From positions 146,940,001-147,004,000 of the forward strand of contig NC_042997.1 in the NCBI RefSeq assembly GCF_006345805.1: DNA of 64,000 nucleotides, read 5' to 3'. How positions within the stretch are numbered: position 1 is the first letter of the stretch; every line of letters starts with the position of its first letter. The position numbers and the translations under genes were made by a program. Below the pieces are notes generated by a model that was not told where the DNA came from, made no database searches, and worked only from the letters and a program-made list of their open reading frames with translations. This DNA is from Octopus sinensis (taxonomy: Eukaryota). Positions 33,666 through 46,826 of this stretch are shown in pieces.

Positions 33666-33693
33666 CAAAAACTTTCCGGATGTGATCGTCCAG

Positions 33694-34115
33694 AAGGCGC
33701 GAGCTGGCAGAACCGTTAGCACGCCGGACGAAATGCTTAGCGGTATTTCGTCTGCCGCTACGTTCTGAGTTCAAATTCCGCCGAGGTCAACTTTGCTTTT
33801 CATCCGTTCGGGGTTGATTAAATAAGTACCAGTTACGCACTGGAGTCGATATAATCGACTTAATCCGTTTGTCTGTCCTTGTTTGTCCTCTCTGTGTTTA
33901 GCACTTTGTGGGTAGTAAAGAAATAGGTATTTCGTCTGCCGCTACGTTCTGAGTTCAAATTCCACCGAGGTCAACTTTACCTTTCATCCATTCGGGGTCG
34001 ATAAATTGAGTACCAGTTACGCACTGGGGGGTCGATATAATCGACTTAATCCGTTTGTCTGTCCTTGTGTGGACCCTCGGTGTGTAGCACCTTGTGGGCA
34101 GTAAAGAAATAAGAA
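33694..34115 (+). mobile_element. Family B SINE dimer
   Basis: Junction aaagaaata|ggtatttcg at 33925/33926. Confidence 0.85.
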
Positions 34116-34374
34116 GCGATTGTCCAATCTTTTAAAGCAAAATATATCTCAGACGATACTATACAATGTCATTCATCGTTTATATTTTGCTTGTTTCAGT
34201 CATTGGACGATGTCCATGCTGGAGCATCGCGTTGAGGTGTTTAGTCGAACAAATCAATTTCACTACTTAGTTTGGTACTTATCCTATCATTCTCTCACGC
34301 TGATCGCTAAGTTCTGGGACGTAAACAAGCCAACGTCAGTTGTCAAGCGGTGGTGCGGCGGTGAGAGACAAACA

Positions 34375-34412
<38 letters not shown>

Positions 34413-35073
34413 ACACACACAACAGGTTTACAGTTTCTGTAAAGCCAAGTCCTACGCCGTGGGACCGAACCGAAATCACATGGTTACGAAACGAGCTTCT
34501 TAAAAACGATGACACACTTACACCTTTTAAAGATTTGTAGCATGTCAAGCACCCCCTATTTTCACTCAATATTATCGATAACATTCAATATAATAACTCT
34601 TTTTTTCATCAATTGTTTCTTTATACTTGGATATTATATAATCGTCAAGCTTAATGTCAGTAGCAATATCCTCGTTCATGAAAAATTATAAAAATCCTTG
34701 TATGGAACAGTGTGCTTCACAGTTCCAGCGATACAGTATTTAGCCGTTGTGCGCATGAACACATACCCGTGGAAAGAAGCTGCACGCTGGTTAGAGGGAG
34801 CACCGTCGCTCATGCAGTGCTGATCCTGTTGTCCGAGTGTAGGATAATGTTTATTTTTGACTCAGCATGTTTTGTGCTTGAAAACCGTGTACTATATTCT
34901 TGAATGTAATACACTGTAGATGATTTTCACGCTTCCAGCTATTCTATTTGATTCATAATTGTTTCTTCTGTTGTTTTACTGTATAGAAAATTTTAATAAT
35001 TTAACCATGACCTCCTTGCATCCCTAAGAAATAAGTTTTGTGACAGTAAGTGAACAATGGGCAAAAACCGAAA

Positions 35074-35195
35074 GCACAGACATTTGATGGTGCAAATGTC
35101 ATGAAAGGCAAAACAGCAGGAGTTCAAGCAAAAATAATGCACATTTCATCCACTATTATGCACATCAACTAAATTTAATAATGAGTAATGCAGCA
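35074..35195 (+). pseudogene. hAT transposase fragment
   Basis: AQTFDGANVMKGKTAGVQAKI, then a frameshift, then IHYYAHQLNLIMSNAA; matches the DG(A)..M.G...GVQ and C..H.LNL motifs. Confidence 0.7.
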
Positions 35196-35404
35196 AATAT
35201 TACACAGATGTCAAGTGGCCACATTGAAGCTTCCTTAGCGTTTAAAAGAAGTAATTACACAAATTATTGTTAGATTAATCTTGGTTCAGCTGAGATCTGA
35301 ACGAATAGACGCATAATTAAACTCCTTCGGGGATTAACTATCCTTCTATATTTCAAATAGTGTATCAGAATATGGTGCCCTTTCCTTGTTAAGTTTTTAA
35401 GACT

Positions 35405-35810
35405 GCAAAGATACTTGGAGTTGTGAAAGGTATGCTGAGAAATAAAAGGTTGAGCGTGAAAGCGAAAAGAGGTGTGTATGAGGGCGTGATTGTGCCGACA
35501 ATTATTTTTGGTGCAGAGACGTAGGGACTGAGAGAGTTGGAAAGGAGGCGACTAGATGTGTTTGAGATAAGATGTTTGGTGGCTATAGTTGGTGTGACAC
35601 GGATGGGCAGGATGAGGAATGAGATAGTGCGAAGGTGAACAAGAATGAGAGAAAAACTAACAAGAAAATGGACAGACGATTACTGAGGTGGTTTGGCCAC
35701 ATGGAGATGATGGATGAGGAGTGGATAGTAAGGAGGGTGCTGAAGGCAGAAGTGGTGGGCAGCAGAACCAGTGGTAGATCTCGGTTTGTGTGGATGGATG
35801 GAGTGTGTGT
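35405..35810 (+). mobile_element. RTE-clade LINE RT C-terminal fragment
   Basis: AKRGVYEGVIVPTIIFGAET*GLRELERRRLDVFEIRCL...MRNEIVRR...LRWFGHMEMMDEEWIVRRVLKAEVVGSR..GRSRFVWMDGV. Confidence 0.88.
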
Positions 35811-36710
35811 AAAGGATGCAAAAGGTTATTGGAGAAATATTTAGCTGCTGTTTCTAGTGGGTCTATCGACCAGCTTGAGTGATGGTTGCCGATGAAGGAG
35901 ATGTTATATTTTTTGTATTTTCTTTTATCTTTTATTTGTTTGAGTCATTAGACTGCGGCCAAGCTGGGGCACCACTTTCAGCGAATTTTTTAGTCAAATA
36001 AATCGAACCCAGTACTTATATTTTGTGAAGCCTGGTACTTATTCATCGGTCTCTTTTGCCGAACCGCTAAGTTAGGGGACATAAACACACCAACACGGGT
36101 TGTCAAGCTGTTGTGGTGGACAAAGACAAACACACACACACACACTACGGTCTTCTTTCAGTTTCTGTCTACCAAATCCTCTCACAAAGCTTTAGTAGGC
36201 CCGGGGTTATAGCAGAAGACACATGTCCAATGTGCCACGCAGTGGGACTGAACTCGGAACCACATAGTTGGAAAGCAAGCTTATTCAAATCACACCGAGA
36301 TCGACTATGCTTTCTATGTGTTTGAACATAAGATAAGAATCGTCTTTACCCAACTACTGTAAATTTACGTTTTCTTCTCACCTTTAACTTTTCTGTATTT
36401 TGACAAAGTATCACGGTCCGAAACGCGGAGGAGTTCTCTGTTTTTTCCTTACATTGTAAGAGTAGTTATCTTGCACACCAGTAGTTTTTGGTCGATTTTC
36501 TTTTGTTGAGGTTTATGAAATCATTTTTGGATTAATAAACGTGTACGGTTCTTTACGCTCCGAGTTTAAATGCAGTTGGAGGTCGACTACACCTTTTATC
36601 CTTTCGGGATCGATAGATATAAGTACCAGTCAAGAAGTGGGGTCGATATAATCAACTCTCCCACCCTTCAAAAACTGCTGGTCTTGTGCCGAAACTTGAA
36701 GCTTCTGTTG

Positions 36711-36749
<39 letters not shown>

Positions 36750-36828
36750 ACTACTACTACTACTGCTGATGCTGCTGCTGCTGCTGCTACCACTACTACT
36801 ACTACTACTACTGCTGCTGCTGCTGGTG

Positions 36829-36862
<34 letters not shown>

Positions 36863-36895
36863 GCTGCTGTTTGTACTACTACTACTACTACTACT

Positions 36896-36946
<51 letters not shown>
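36711..36946. repeat. (CTA)n/(CTG)n compound microsatellite
   Basis: Direct reading; follows the tail of a family B-like SINE. Confidence 0.95.
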
Positions 36947-36948
<2 letters not shown>

Positions 36949-37367
36949 TAAGCTTCGAACAAAATGCCTTGCAGTATTTAGTTGCGTCACTCTACGATCT
37001 GAGTTGAAATCCCGTGGAAGCCAGCTTTACCTTTCATCTTTTCGAGTTTGATAAAATACGGTGATCGATAGCATCAACTAACTCGCTCGCCCTAATTTGT
37101 GATCATGTACTTATGTTAGAGTACCACTATCATGTACAGGTTCGAGTGTCGGAACAAATTTCTGGCAATATTTATTCGTTCTTTTAAAGATTGAATTCGA
37201 ATCAGGCCACGAAAGACTTCACTTATCAGATATTTCTCATTCCGGGGACTCAGATAACTTGCAGATAACTTTTATAAAGTAAAGAGAAATGCATCAAGTT
37301 ACATCTTACCACACACATGAATGTATGTACATATAGGTGAGTGTGTATGTACGCGCGCATGTGTAAG

Positions 37368-37370
<3 letters not shown>

Positions 37371-37455
<85 letters not shown>
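37371..37455. repeat. (GA)n microsatellite; (CA)n at 37603-37650; (TATG)n/(TG)n at 38742-38876
   Basis: Direct reading. Confidence 0.95.
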
Positions 37456-37459
<4 letters not shown>

Positions 37460-37601
37460 GGAAAGTTCGTATACAAGATTGCGAGAAAGCCGTGTGAACT
37501 GTGTTAATCTCTTTGAAGCAACTTGGAGTCTCAGTTCACGTGATTGTTCGTCCTGCTAGAAATGCTAGCTAAATCTATCATGTGTTTCATTTTTCTTATT
37601 A

Positions 37602-37651
<50 letters not shown>

Positions 37652-37865
37652 ACATACATGTGCGTTTGCATAATTTTTCCTTAGAAAAGGTTACCAGCTG
37701 TAGTGAAGTTTCGGCTGTGTAACCTTCATCGGAGCATATGGTGACAATCCACGAAACCTCGAAGTTACTGTCAATCTTTTCCTTGTAGAAATGCAATAAA
37801 TACCCTACTCTATTGAAAAGTATCGACTAATCTTTCAGAGAAATGTTTGACTATTTTTATATATA

Positions 37866-38163
37866 ACAAGAGTATTATTATAGTAGATTATTTCGGTACC
37901 ATGGAAGCTTTGAAAAAATATGACATCACCCCTACCTTCCTTATTCATCAATCACCTCTGCTTTTCTCATTCATAAATACAAGAGTATTATTATAGTAGA
38001 TTATCTCGGTAACCATGGGAGCTATGAAAAAATGCAAAGCGTAGCAACACCGCCAGATCATTGTACACATCTGTGTAATTTTTCGCGCAATTCTACCCAG
38101 CCGTTTGACCGTGAATCCCAAGACAAGAAAGAATCCCCCATGTCAAATTTATATGTATAGATT
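37866..38163. mobile_element. Probable Helitron/Helentron-like non-autonomous element with internal 55-bp direct repeat
   Basis: acaagagtattattatagtagattat..tcggta.ccatgg.agct.tgaaaaaat occurs at about 37866 and 37979; the right end reads ATCTATACATATAAA on the minus strand. Confidence 0.4.
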
Positions 38164-39717
38164 ATGCGTAAAAAATATCAATGTATTTTTTTTACTGCTT
38201 ACATATAGGACAAATGTTTCGATCGAGTTAATGACTGATATGATATCCCTCACTGAGGAGGCATAAATATACCAAAACACAAGTATGGTAGTCTGCAGAC
38301 GTTATTCAGAGATCGGCTTGATGAGTTTTTACAAAGTCCGTAATGAGAAAAAATTATTTCCGAGATAAGAGTCCTTCACAGAACGTTTCGGTGTACAGAA
38401 GCGTTTTAACCCTTATACGGTGGCAAAGAGTAGCATGAATGTTTGTCAAACGGGCAATAAAAAAATATATGTCTTTTCCCTAAAAGAACTTTTTATATTT
38501 ATTTTCACTTTAAATAAGTACTAAATTTATAATAATTGTTAGTCTCTCGCACAATAAAATTCACAATCTCATTATCGAAACTGCCGTAAAATATTCACTT
38601 TCCTTTGATGATGGCAGTATCCAAGTAACACTTTTGAAACATCAGCTGATGATGTTCGCTGTTTAAGGATTGATTTGAATAACACATCATTATTTTGATG
38701 GTCTCTGCTTTGGGTGTCTGTATGTCTGTCTGTCTCTCTATGTATGTATGTAAGTGTGTGTGTGTATGCATGTATGCATGTATGTATGTATGTATGTATG
38801 TATGTATGTATGTATGTGTGTGTATGTGTGTGTGTGTGTGTGTGCGTGTGTGTGTGCGTGCGTGCGTGCATGTATGTTTGTACGCTTGAAGAGATGTAAT
38901 TACATATTGTCAGAAAATTTTTCAGCACTCGACCACATCTGACTTACAGTTAATAATGTTATCTAGCATATGCACAAGGCCAGAGATTTTGGGTGGAGTA
39001 ACTCGATTAATCGACTTCAATATTTGTTTGGTACTTAATTTTATCGACACCAAGAGGATTAACGACCAAGCTGACCATAGCAAGGTTTGAACTGAAAATG
39101 GAAAAATCTGAAATAAATAAGTATAGACGAAGAACAATCCCAATAATGCATAGGGAGAACTCTACAGTACTTTGTGAATGAACACATGCTGTGTGCCTCA
39201 GAGATACAAATTGATAATAATAAGCGATTTCAATGCTGGCTTTGAATATGAAATATAGGAGTTATTGGTGAATGTAGTATGAAGATATATATCTTAAAAG
39301 AACTGCTCCTTATTTACGCTCCAAAAGAACTTTATTATTACCAACACCATTTTCAAATAGAATAACTCAAGGTGCCTTTGATACAAACCTACTCGAAGTA
39401 TTGGCATCTTTTAGCCTACATCACAACTAATTAGCTGGGTAGAATTGATATACTAATCGTTTAGGAGTTGAGAGAGGAAACTGCTGTAGCAAAGACCATA
39501 GAGTGCTTTTATTGAAGATAACAACTTTCTCATTAGTTTTCAAAAGAAACACTATCAATTTTCCCAAACACATTAAAACGGAACAGGATCGTTGGCGGAT
39601 AGAAATATAAATTCAATCTGGAAAGAGAAATGAATGAGACTCCAGAATTGTGGGAACCAAAATGGAAACCAGGCAGTTTGAATGCAAGAGGACCCTCGTT
39701 TAGTACTATATTGTATA

Positions 39718-40105
39718 CTAGCAGTATCGCCCGGCATTGCTCGGGTTTGTTTCGACGCTTTAGAATTGGAATTTTTGAAAAGTAAAAATTTTGCATTATG
39801 TAGCTTGTTATTCTCTTTAAGTGAACATTTTTCTGGTTGAAATACACTGAAAAATGGCAATACAGCAGCCAAAAAATCGTAAAAAATAGGGATTTTCATA
39901 GAAAAAAGCACCTTTTTGATGTAAATAATTTTTGGTGTTAACATGGTCCGATTTGAATTTTTTCTTCAACGGCAGGAAGAGCAAGCCTTCTATCATACTC
40001 TCAATTTTGGTCAACTTGCGCCGTAGGGTCTCGGAGGAGATAGTGTTAGTTGAAGGCTACCAAACCTGCCATACACAGGCAACTTCAGTTTTATATATAT
40101 AGAGA
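39718..40105 (-). mobile_element. Non-autonomous Helitron (copy of 2792-3183)
   Basis: TC...CTAG termini, 3' hairpin and A|T site; explains ORFs 39573-39944 and 2903-3244 as the same repeat. Confidence 0.88.
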
Positions 40106-41804
40106 TGACACAGCTAAAGCAATAAGGAGAGATGAAGACTGGTTTGCTAACCAGGATATCGCTGTTGTTTTACTATTAGAACCACGTAACTAAGCTTCCA
40201 ACATTTGATAAAGCTCTACTAAATTCAGTTCTGCGACTGAATATCCGCAGAATGATATTATACTAGTGAGGCAAACAATACAATTGAGCTGCAAATGGCT
40301 GCCGATTTCAATGACATGTACAAATTTCTATGCTAGACTGAACGGCGTATACCAACCACAGAAAATGGGTGCTGCTAAGCTGAGATTAGCTGATGGATGA
40401 ATAATGCTCTAGGTGAAAGGGCAAATACTTAATCGCTTTACGGGGCATTTCTAGCAAATGTTCATTGTACCAAGACGGGTCAAGTGGGAAACTTTGGAAA
40501 ATTTAATGTATCACGCTACTGTTGTATCAATGAGTGATCAGCCAAGTGTAGGGGATGTGTTAGTCGCAACAGTAGTGCTTGCAGTAGTTGAGTTAATGGT
40601 TGTAGTGGCTGTAATAATAGTTGTAGTGATTGAAGCAGTGGCAGTAGCGGTTATGATGTTTGTAGTGGTTGAAACGGTCGAGTTAGTATTATTAAGAATT
40701 TGTATGAAAAGCTGTTAAAATATGTTGTGTATCGTGGAAGTATAACCAGTTCATTGCACATAAATTTAAACAACAACAGTTGTAATGGTCAAGTTAGTAT
40801 TATTAAGAATAGTAAAAGTGGTGAGCTCGCAGAATCGTTAGCACGCTGGGCAAAATGCTTGGCGGCGTTTCGTTCGCCCTTACGTTCTGAGTTCAAATTC
40901 CGTCGAGGTCGACTTTGCCCTTCATTTCGGGGTCGATGAAATACGTACAAGTGGAGCACAGGATTGATGTAATCGACTAGCTCCATCCCCCAAATTTGTG
41001 TCGATAGCAGAAAGGGTTATTAAGAATTATATTAAAAAATTGTTGAAATATTTTGTGTATTAGAAGTAAAACCAGTTGATTGCACATAAACTTAAACAAT
41101 AACAGACGTAATGGTCAAATTAGTGAATGTAGCACTTGTAGTGATTGTTGTAGTAGGTGAGTTTGTGGTTGTACTAGTTGTAGTAATTTTAACGGTTCCA
41201 GTGATTGTTGTAGTTATTGTCGTAGTAAGGATTATAGTGTTCCTATCTATAGAAATCCCGAGAAATTCTTGCAGACGATTAAGGTTTTCGATGATGGCCT
41301 GTATTCCTCTTCTTTATTCAATCATTGATTAACCTTTCTCTATTACAATCTGAACATTTTCACTGATATTTTTCCCAAACCAAAGATGACCTCGGAGTAA
41401 AGCCAGCACCTTGCATTAAAATACAACTCGCTGCGGAATAGAGATAATTTTAATTTAATTTTGCATTAGGAGAACAAATCACATGGAAATCAAACTAAAA
41501 ATATATTATTTGAACAAAAAATTAAAAATATAAACAAAAATAAAGCTTCGTTGGATTTCTGTGGTTGTCATTTATCAAAGGGTTCACTGATTTCGAGGGT
41601 TTGATAATTTCTAAAAAGGGAGCCATTTAAAAGATTTTTTTTTATCTAATTATGAACCAACATGACATCAGATCATGCTGATTTGTCTTTGATTAAAAAT
41701 ATAATTATTTCCTATCAACATTCCATCATTTATTCCCCCCCCGCCATCTCCCCTCTTATCATTTCACTTTCTGTCTTTCTTTAGGGAAGCGTCATCGTCG
41801 TTGT

Positions 41805-42000
41805 CGCTGTTGTTTAGCTTCAGGTCAGCCCCTAACAGAGCAGACCTAGGATCAAAGGCTTTTCAAATATGACCATCCCATTTTTTCTCTCAGCCATTAT
41901 AAATTTAAGAGTACATGGTTTAATGTATCCTTCTCTTTCCAAAAGTGTGATCTGCGAAAGATTTGGCTGCAGTTCATGGTAAGTCAAGCAAACACACACT
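41805..42000 (+). mobile_element. Family H interspersed repeat (gttgtttagc..caggtcagccct...gcagacctaggatcaaagg...gatttggctgc)
   Basis: Diverged copies at about 14400-14550(-), 20160-20290(-), 21300-21430(-), 28020-28170, 30260-30380 and 51245-51420; class not determined. Confidence 0.55.
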
Positions 42001-43301
42001 GAAAAGTTCCTGGCTTTAGGTAAAAGAAAATATAGAAAATATTAAATGTTATGAGAATTAGTGGTATATGTATAGTGAAATGACTGAAAATCGGGATTGA
42101 AAGCCTCTTCTCGCAATCTCGGCTTGTTTGGAATTTACACACGTAAACATATTAGTAGTATCGTTAGAACGTCGGACAAACTGCTCCGCAGTATTTGTTT
42201 CAGCTTTTGCGTTCTGAGTTCAATATCCGCCGAGGGCTAACCTTGCTCTTCATTCCTCCGGGTTCAATAACATAATGTATCAGTCAAATGGTGAGGCCGA
42301 TTTAATCGGTTGGCCTCTCTTTCTAAAAACGCTAACCTTTTCTCAAAATTAGTTTTAAATTTTAGCACAAGGCTAGCAATTTCGGTGGTGGTGATAAGCC
42401 GATTACATTGACCCCGAAAGGATGAAGGGTAAAGTCAACCTTTACGGAATTTGAACTCCGAACTTAATAGACGGATGAACCTTGTGCCTAAATTAGAAAC
42501 AATAATTATGAATTTAATGACAAAAGTTGGCGTGCTGGCAGAATCGTTAGCACGCCGGGCGAAACGTTTAGCGACATTTCGTCTGCAGTTACGTTCTGAG
42601 TTCAAATTCCGTCGAGGTCGACTTTGCCTTCCATCCTTTCGGGGTCAATAAATTAAGTACCAGTTACGCACTGGGGTCGATGCAATCGACTTAATCCCTT
42701 TGTCTGTCCTTGTTTGTCCCCTCTATGTTTAGCCCCTTGTGGGTAATAAAGAAATAACAATTGTTAGCACGATGGGCGAAATGCCGCTAAGAATTTCGCC
42801 CGTCGCTACGTTCTGAGTTCAAATTTCGCCGAGGTCGACTTTACCTTCAACCTTTCGGGGTCGATAAATTAAGTACCAGTGAAACACTGAGGTCGATGTA
42901 ATCGACGCAACCTCCTGCCCCAAGCTGCCTTGTGGAAAAAAAAACAAAAAAAAAAAACTGAAATCATTAATTTAATGACATATTCAAGATAGTAAGCTAG
43001 CAGAATCGATAAAGCGTCGAAAAAATATGCTTTTGTGATATTTGCCCCGTCACTTTACGTTCTGAGTGAAAATTCTACCGAGTTCAGCTCTGCCGTTCAT
43101 CCTCCAGGGTGGTTTTAATAAAGAAGTACTGGACTCAATGCTATCGACTTACAGCTCCCCTCAAAATTGTTGGCCTTGTACCTAAATCAGAAACTATTAT
43201 TTATGACATTAGCAATGAATTAGAGTAATGCGGCGAGCTGGCAGAATCGTTAGCACGCTTGAAAAATGCTTAGCGGCATTTCATGTGATCGACTTTGCCT
43301 T

Positions 43302-43406
43302 TCATCCCTTTCGGGGTCGATATAATCCCTTTTGGAATCAATATCATCCCTTTCGGGATCGATATCATCTCTTTCGAGGTCGATATCATCCCTTTCGAGG
43401 TCGATA
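43302..43406 (+). repeat. Five tandem 21-bp units (tcatccctttcggggtcgata) inside a family B SINE
   Basis: Units start at 43302, 43323, 43344, 43365 and 43386. Confidence 0.92.
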
Positions 43407-43610
43407 AAATAAGTACCAATTGAGCACTGTGATCGATGTAATCGACTTACCTGCTCCCTCTAAATTACTAGCATTGTGCCAAAATTTGGAACCAATGTTT
43501 GGGAGAAGTCCTGATACTGTTCAGTTTGAGAACTGCTGCTCTCATACAAGTTTGCCCCGAAATTGCTGGCCTTGAACTAAAATTTGAGACCACCATTAAT
43601 GAACTAGAGT

Positions 43611-44443
43611 AAGGCGGCGAGCTGGCAGATTCGTTACATCTTACCAGATGGCAGAAGGCGGCGAGCTGGCAGAACGAAGGCGGCGAGCTGGCAGAAACGT
43701 TAGCACGCCGGGCGAAATGCTTAGCGGTATTTCGTCTGCGTTACGTTGTGAGTTCAAAATCCGCCGAGGTCGACTTTGCCTTTCATCCTTTCGGGGTCGA
43801 TAAATTAAGTACCAGTTACGCACTGGGGTCTATGTAATCGACTTAATACCTATGTCTGTCCTTGTTTGTCCCCTCTGTGTTTAGCCCCTTGTGGGTAATA
43901 AAGAAATAGGTACTTCGTCTGCGTTACGTTGTGAGTTCAAATTCCGCCAAGGTCGACTTTGCCTTTCATCCTTTCGGGGTCGATAAATTAAGTACCAGTT
44001 ACGCACTGGGGTCGATGTAATCGACTTAATACCTATGTCTGTCCTTGTTTGTCCCCTCTGGGTTTAGCCCCTTGTGGGTAATAAAGAAATAGGTACTTCG
44101 TCTGCCGCTACGTTCTGAGTTCAAATTCCGCCGAGGTCGACTTTGCCTTTCATCCTTTCGGGGTCGATTAAATAAGTACCAGTTACGCACTGGGGTCGAT
44201 ATAATCGACTTAATCCGTTTGTCTGTCCTTGTTTGTTCCCTCTGTGTTTAGCCCCTTGTGGGTAGTAAAGGAATAGGTATTTCGTCTGTCTTTATGTTCT
44301 GAGTTCAAATCCCGCCGAGGTCGACTTTGCCTTTCATCCTTTCGAGATCGATAAATTAAGTACCAGTTGCGTACTGAGGTCGATCTAATCGACTGGCCCC
44401 CTCCTAAAAAATTTCGGGCCTTGTGTCTAGAGTAGAAAAGAAT
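43611..44443 (+). mobile_element. Stack of family B SINE parts: three heads, three young 183-184-bp units and one old-type body
   Basis: Junctions aaag(a/g)aata|ggta(c/t)ttcg at 43908/43909, 44091/44092 and 44275/44276. Confidence 0.88.
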
Positions 44444-46394
44444 CATCATCACACCGGACAAATGCTTAGCGGCATTTCACCTGTCTTTATGTTCTGAGTC
44501 GACTTTGCCTTCATCCTTCGGGAGTCGATAAAATAAAATACTACTCAAGTACTGTTATCGATGTAATCGACTATACTCCTCCCCCAAATTTCAGGTCTTG
44601 TACTTATAGTAGAAAGAAGTTTTAATGCACAAGAATGCTACCCATCATATGAGAGGTAACTTTGGAAGCATACATTTGTTGCCATGGATAGTATCAGGAA
44701 ATACAGTACACATACATTAATTTACTTCGTATCCATTGACAAAGTTGCGAAAGCAACGAAAATTTTTGAAAAAAAAACATAAATAATAAATGAGTGAAAT
44801 GAGTGGAAATCGAACCGGTGTGTGTGTTAGATAATAAAGCATTAAGACAATATGGCTCTCCCCAGACACAACATACATTAATTTAATTTAACTCTATCAA
44901 ATTTCTTGGTGCTTCTGCAAAATCATGAAATGAATACTAATTGTGATAAAAAATATCCATTACCTTAACATAAAAATTTTAATCAAACGAATTACTTATT
45001 TGTATTTTTGCAATAAATATACTGTCATTATTTTTCTAAATTTTATCAGCATCATCATCATCTGTTCCAGCGAAAACCAATCTCAGTAAAATTTGAAATC
45101 CTCTCAAAACTATTCTGTCACTTACTCTGTCTATGATTCTTTCTACCTCACTGTACACACGACGGGCTTCTTTCAGTTTCCGTCAACCAAATTCTCTCTC
45201 AAGGCTTTGGTCTGCTCGAGACTGTAATTACGCAAGGTCCACGCTGTGAAACTGAACCTGGAACCATGTGGTTGAGAAGCAAGCTTCTTGCCACACAGCC
45301 ACGCCTGCGCCAATATTCTCTTATTCTTTCTTTTAATTCTTTTATTTGTTTCAGTCATTTGACTGCAGCCATGCTGGAGCATCGCCGTTAGTCGATCAAA
45401 TCGATCCTAGGACTTATTGTTTGTAAACCTAGTACTTATTCTATCGGTGTCTCTTGCTGAACGGCTAAGCTACGGGGACGTAAACACACTAACATCGGTT
45501 GTCAAGCGATGGTGAGGGGACAAACACAGACACACGAACATATATATATGACGGGATTCTTTCAGTTTCTGTCTACGAAATCCACTCACAAGGCTTTGGA
45601 CCCCAGTTTTTCGGTCTGAGATACCTTTTCTCTCTCCCCTCCTACATGTCTTGGAGACCCTGTAAAGAGTCATGGGTCCTACTTTCCATCCCAACTAAGC
45701 AAAAAAAAAAAAAAGAAAAAAAAGAAGAAAAAGTTCGTTGTGTAAGTAGTTGTAGTAGTAGCAGTGGTTGAAGTGGTCTTAACAAAACGAAGCAAGGCCT
45801 TCAAGACAAAGTAATTTCCCACACCAGAAGACTTGACAGGATGCTTGTAACACAGTAGTCCCAATAACAAGAACAAAAACACAGCAGCAGCTGTTTCTTT
45901 TTATGCAACTGAATTTAAGATGGACAGGTGGAGTTCATGGCCTTTTGCAGGACTTTTGTGACTGGCGGGGATGGAAGAGGGAATGAAACCTTTACTCGTA
46001 TACCTCAACAAAAATAATTAGGCCTTCAAGACGTGAAGGAATTCCCATACCGGAAGCCTCGACCAGATACTTGTAACACAGAAGTCTCCCCTAAAGGGCT
46101 GCAATGAGCCAAGTGGTCGTGTTAAATCCGAATTACGGATGAAATCTACCGCCCTCACAGTTTGGGTCTACCTAATTTCTTTTTTAAAAAAGAAGCTTAG
46201 TAGAAGCTACGGTAGAAGACATATGTCCAAGGGCTTAGTCATGATGTGCAGTGGAATCGAACTCGATTTGAAATCTTGTAATTTCAAAACAAACTTCTGA
46301 ATAAACATAGCCATATAACAAGGAGAACAAAAACACCGACGACGACGATGACTACAACGATTGCAACAACAACGACGAGAACAGCAATAACAGT

Positions 46395-46826
46395 GGAGGC
46401 GCAATGGCCCAGTGGTTAGGGCAGCGGACTCGCGGTCGGAATATCGCGGTTTCGATTCCCAGACTGGGCGTTTTGTGTGCTTATTGAGCGAAAACACCTA
46501 AAGCTCCACGAAGCTCCGGCAGGGGGTGGTCGCGACCCCTGTTATACTCTTTCGCCCCAACTTTCTCTCACTCTTTCTTCCTGTTTCTTGTCCCCGACTT
46601 CCCACGCAACCGCTGAGCCTGGATGCGCATACATCCATCCGTCGATGCTCTCGGTGTCGGGGGTTGACCTGCTTTCTCTTCTGCGGGTCTTAGGAATAGC
46701 AAAGGACCACGTTTCGGACTTCTCCCATCTTGCGAGCTCCGGGGCGAAGACCGTTCGCTCAACACCAACATCAACATCAACAGCAACAACAACACAACAC
46801 CAAAACAACAACAACGATAACAAAAA
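46395..46826 (+). mobile_element. Family E tRNA-headed SINE with (CAA)n tail
   Basis: ggaggcgcaatggcccagtggttagggcagcggactcgcggtcgg...ggtttcgattccc head; GC-rich body; CAA-rich tail. Confidence 0.75.

Noticed and set aside
36570-37007. Long ORFs with poly-L/T/A, also poly-RE, HT, YI, H, S, M and V ORFs at 30.4, 34.1, 37.3, 38.6, 54.8, 61-62 and 63.7 kb
   Set aside because: They are translations of microsatellites.
41334-41430. Exon-like segment on the minus strand with a strong acceptor (tctctattccgcag)
   Set aside because: All three frames stop before the best donor and no product is recognisable.
43302-44443. Regular repeats resembling a CRISPR array
   Set aside because: There are no unique spacers and no cas genes, the context is eukaryotic, and the units are SINE-derived.
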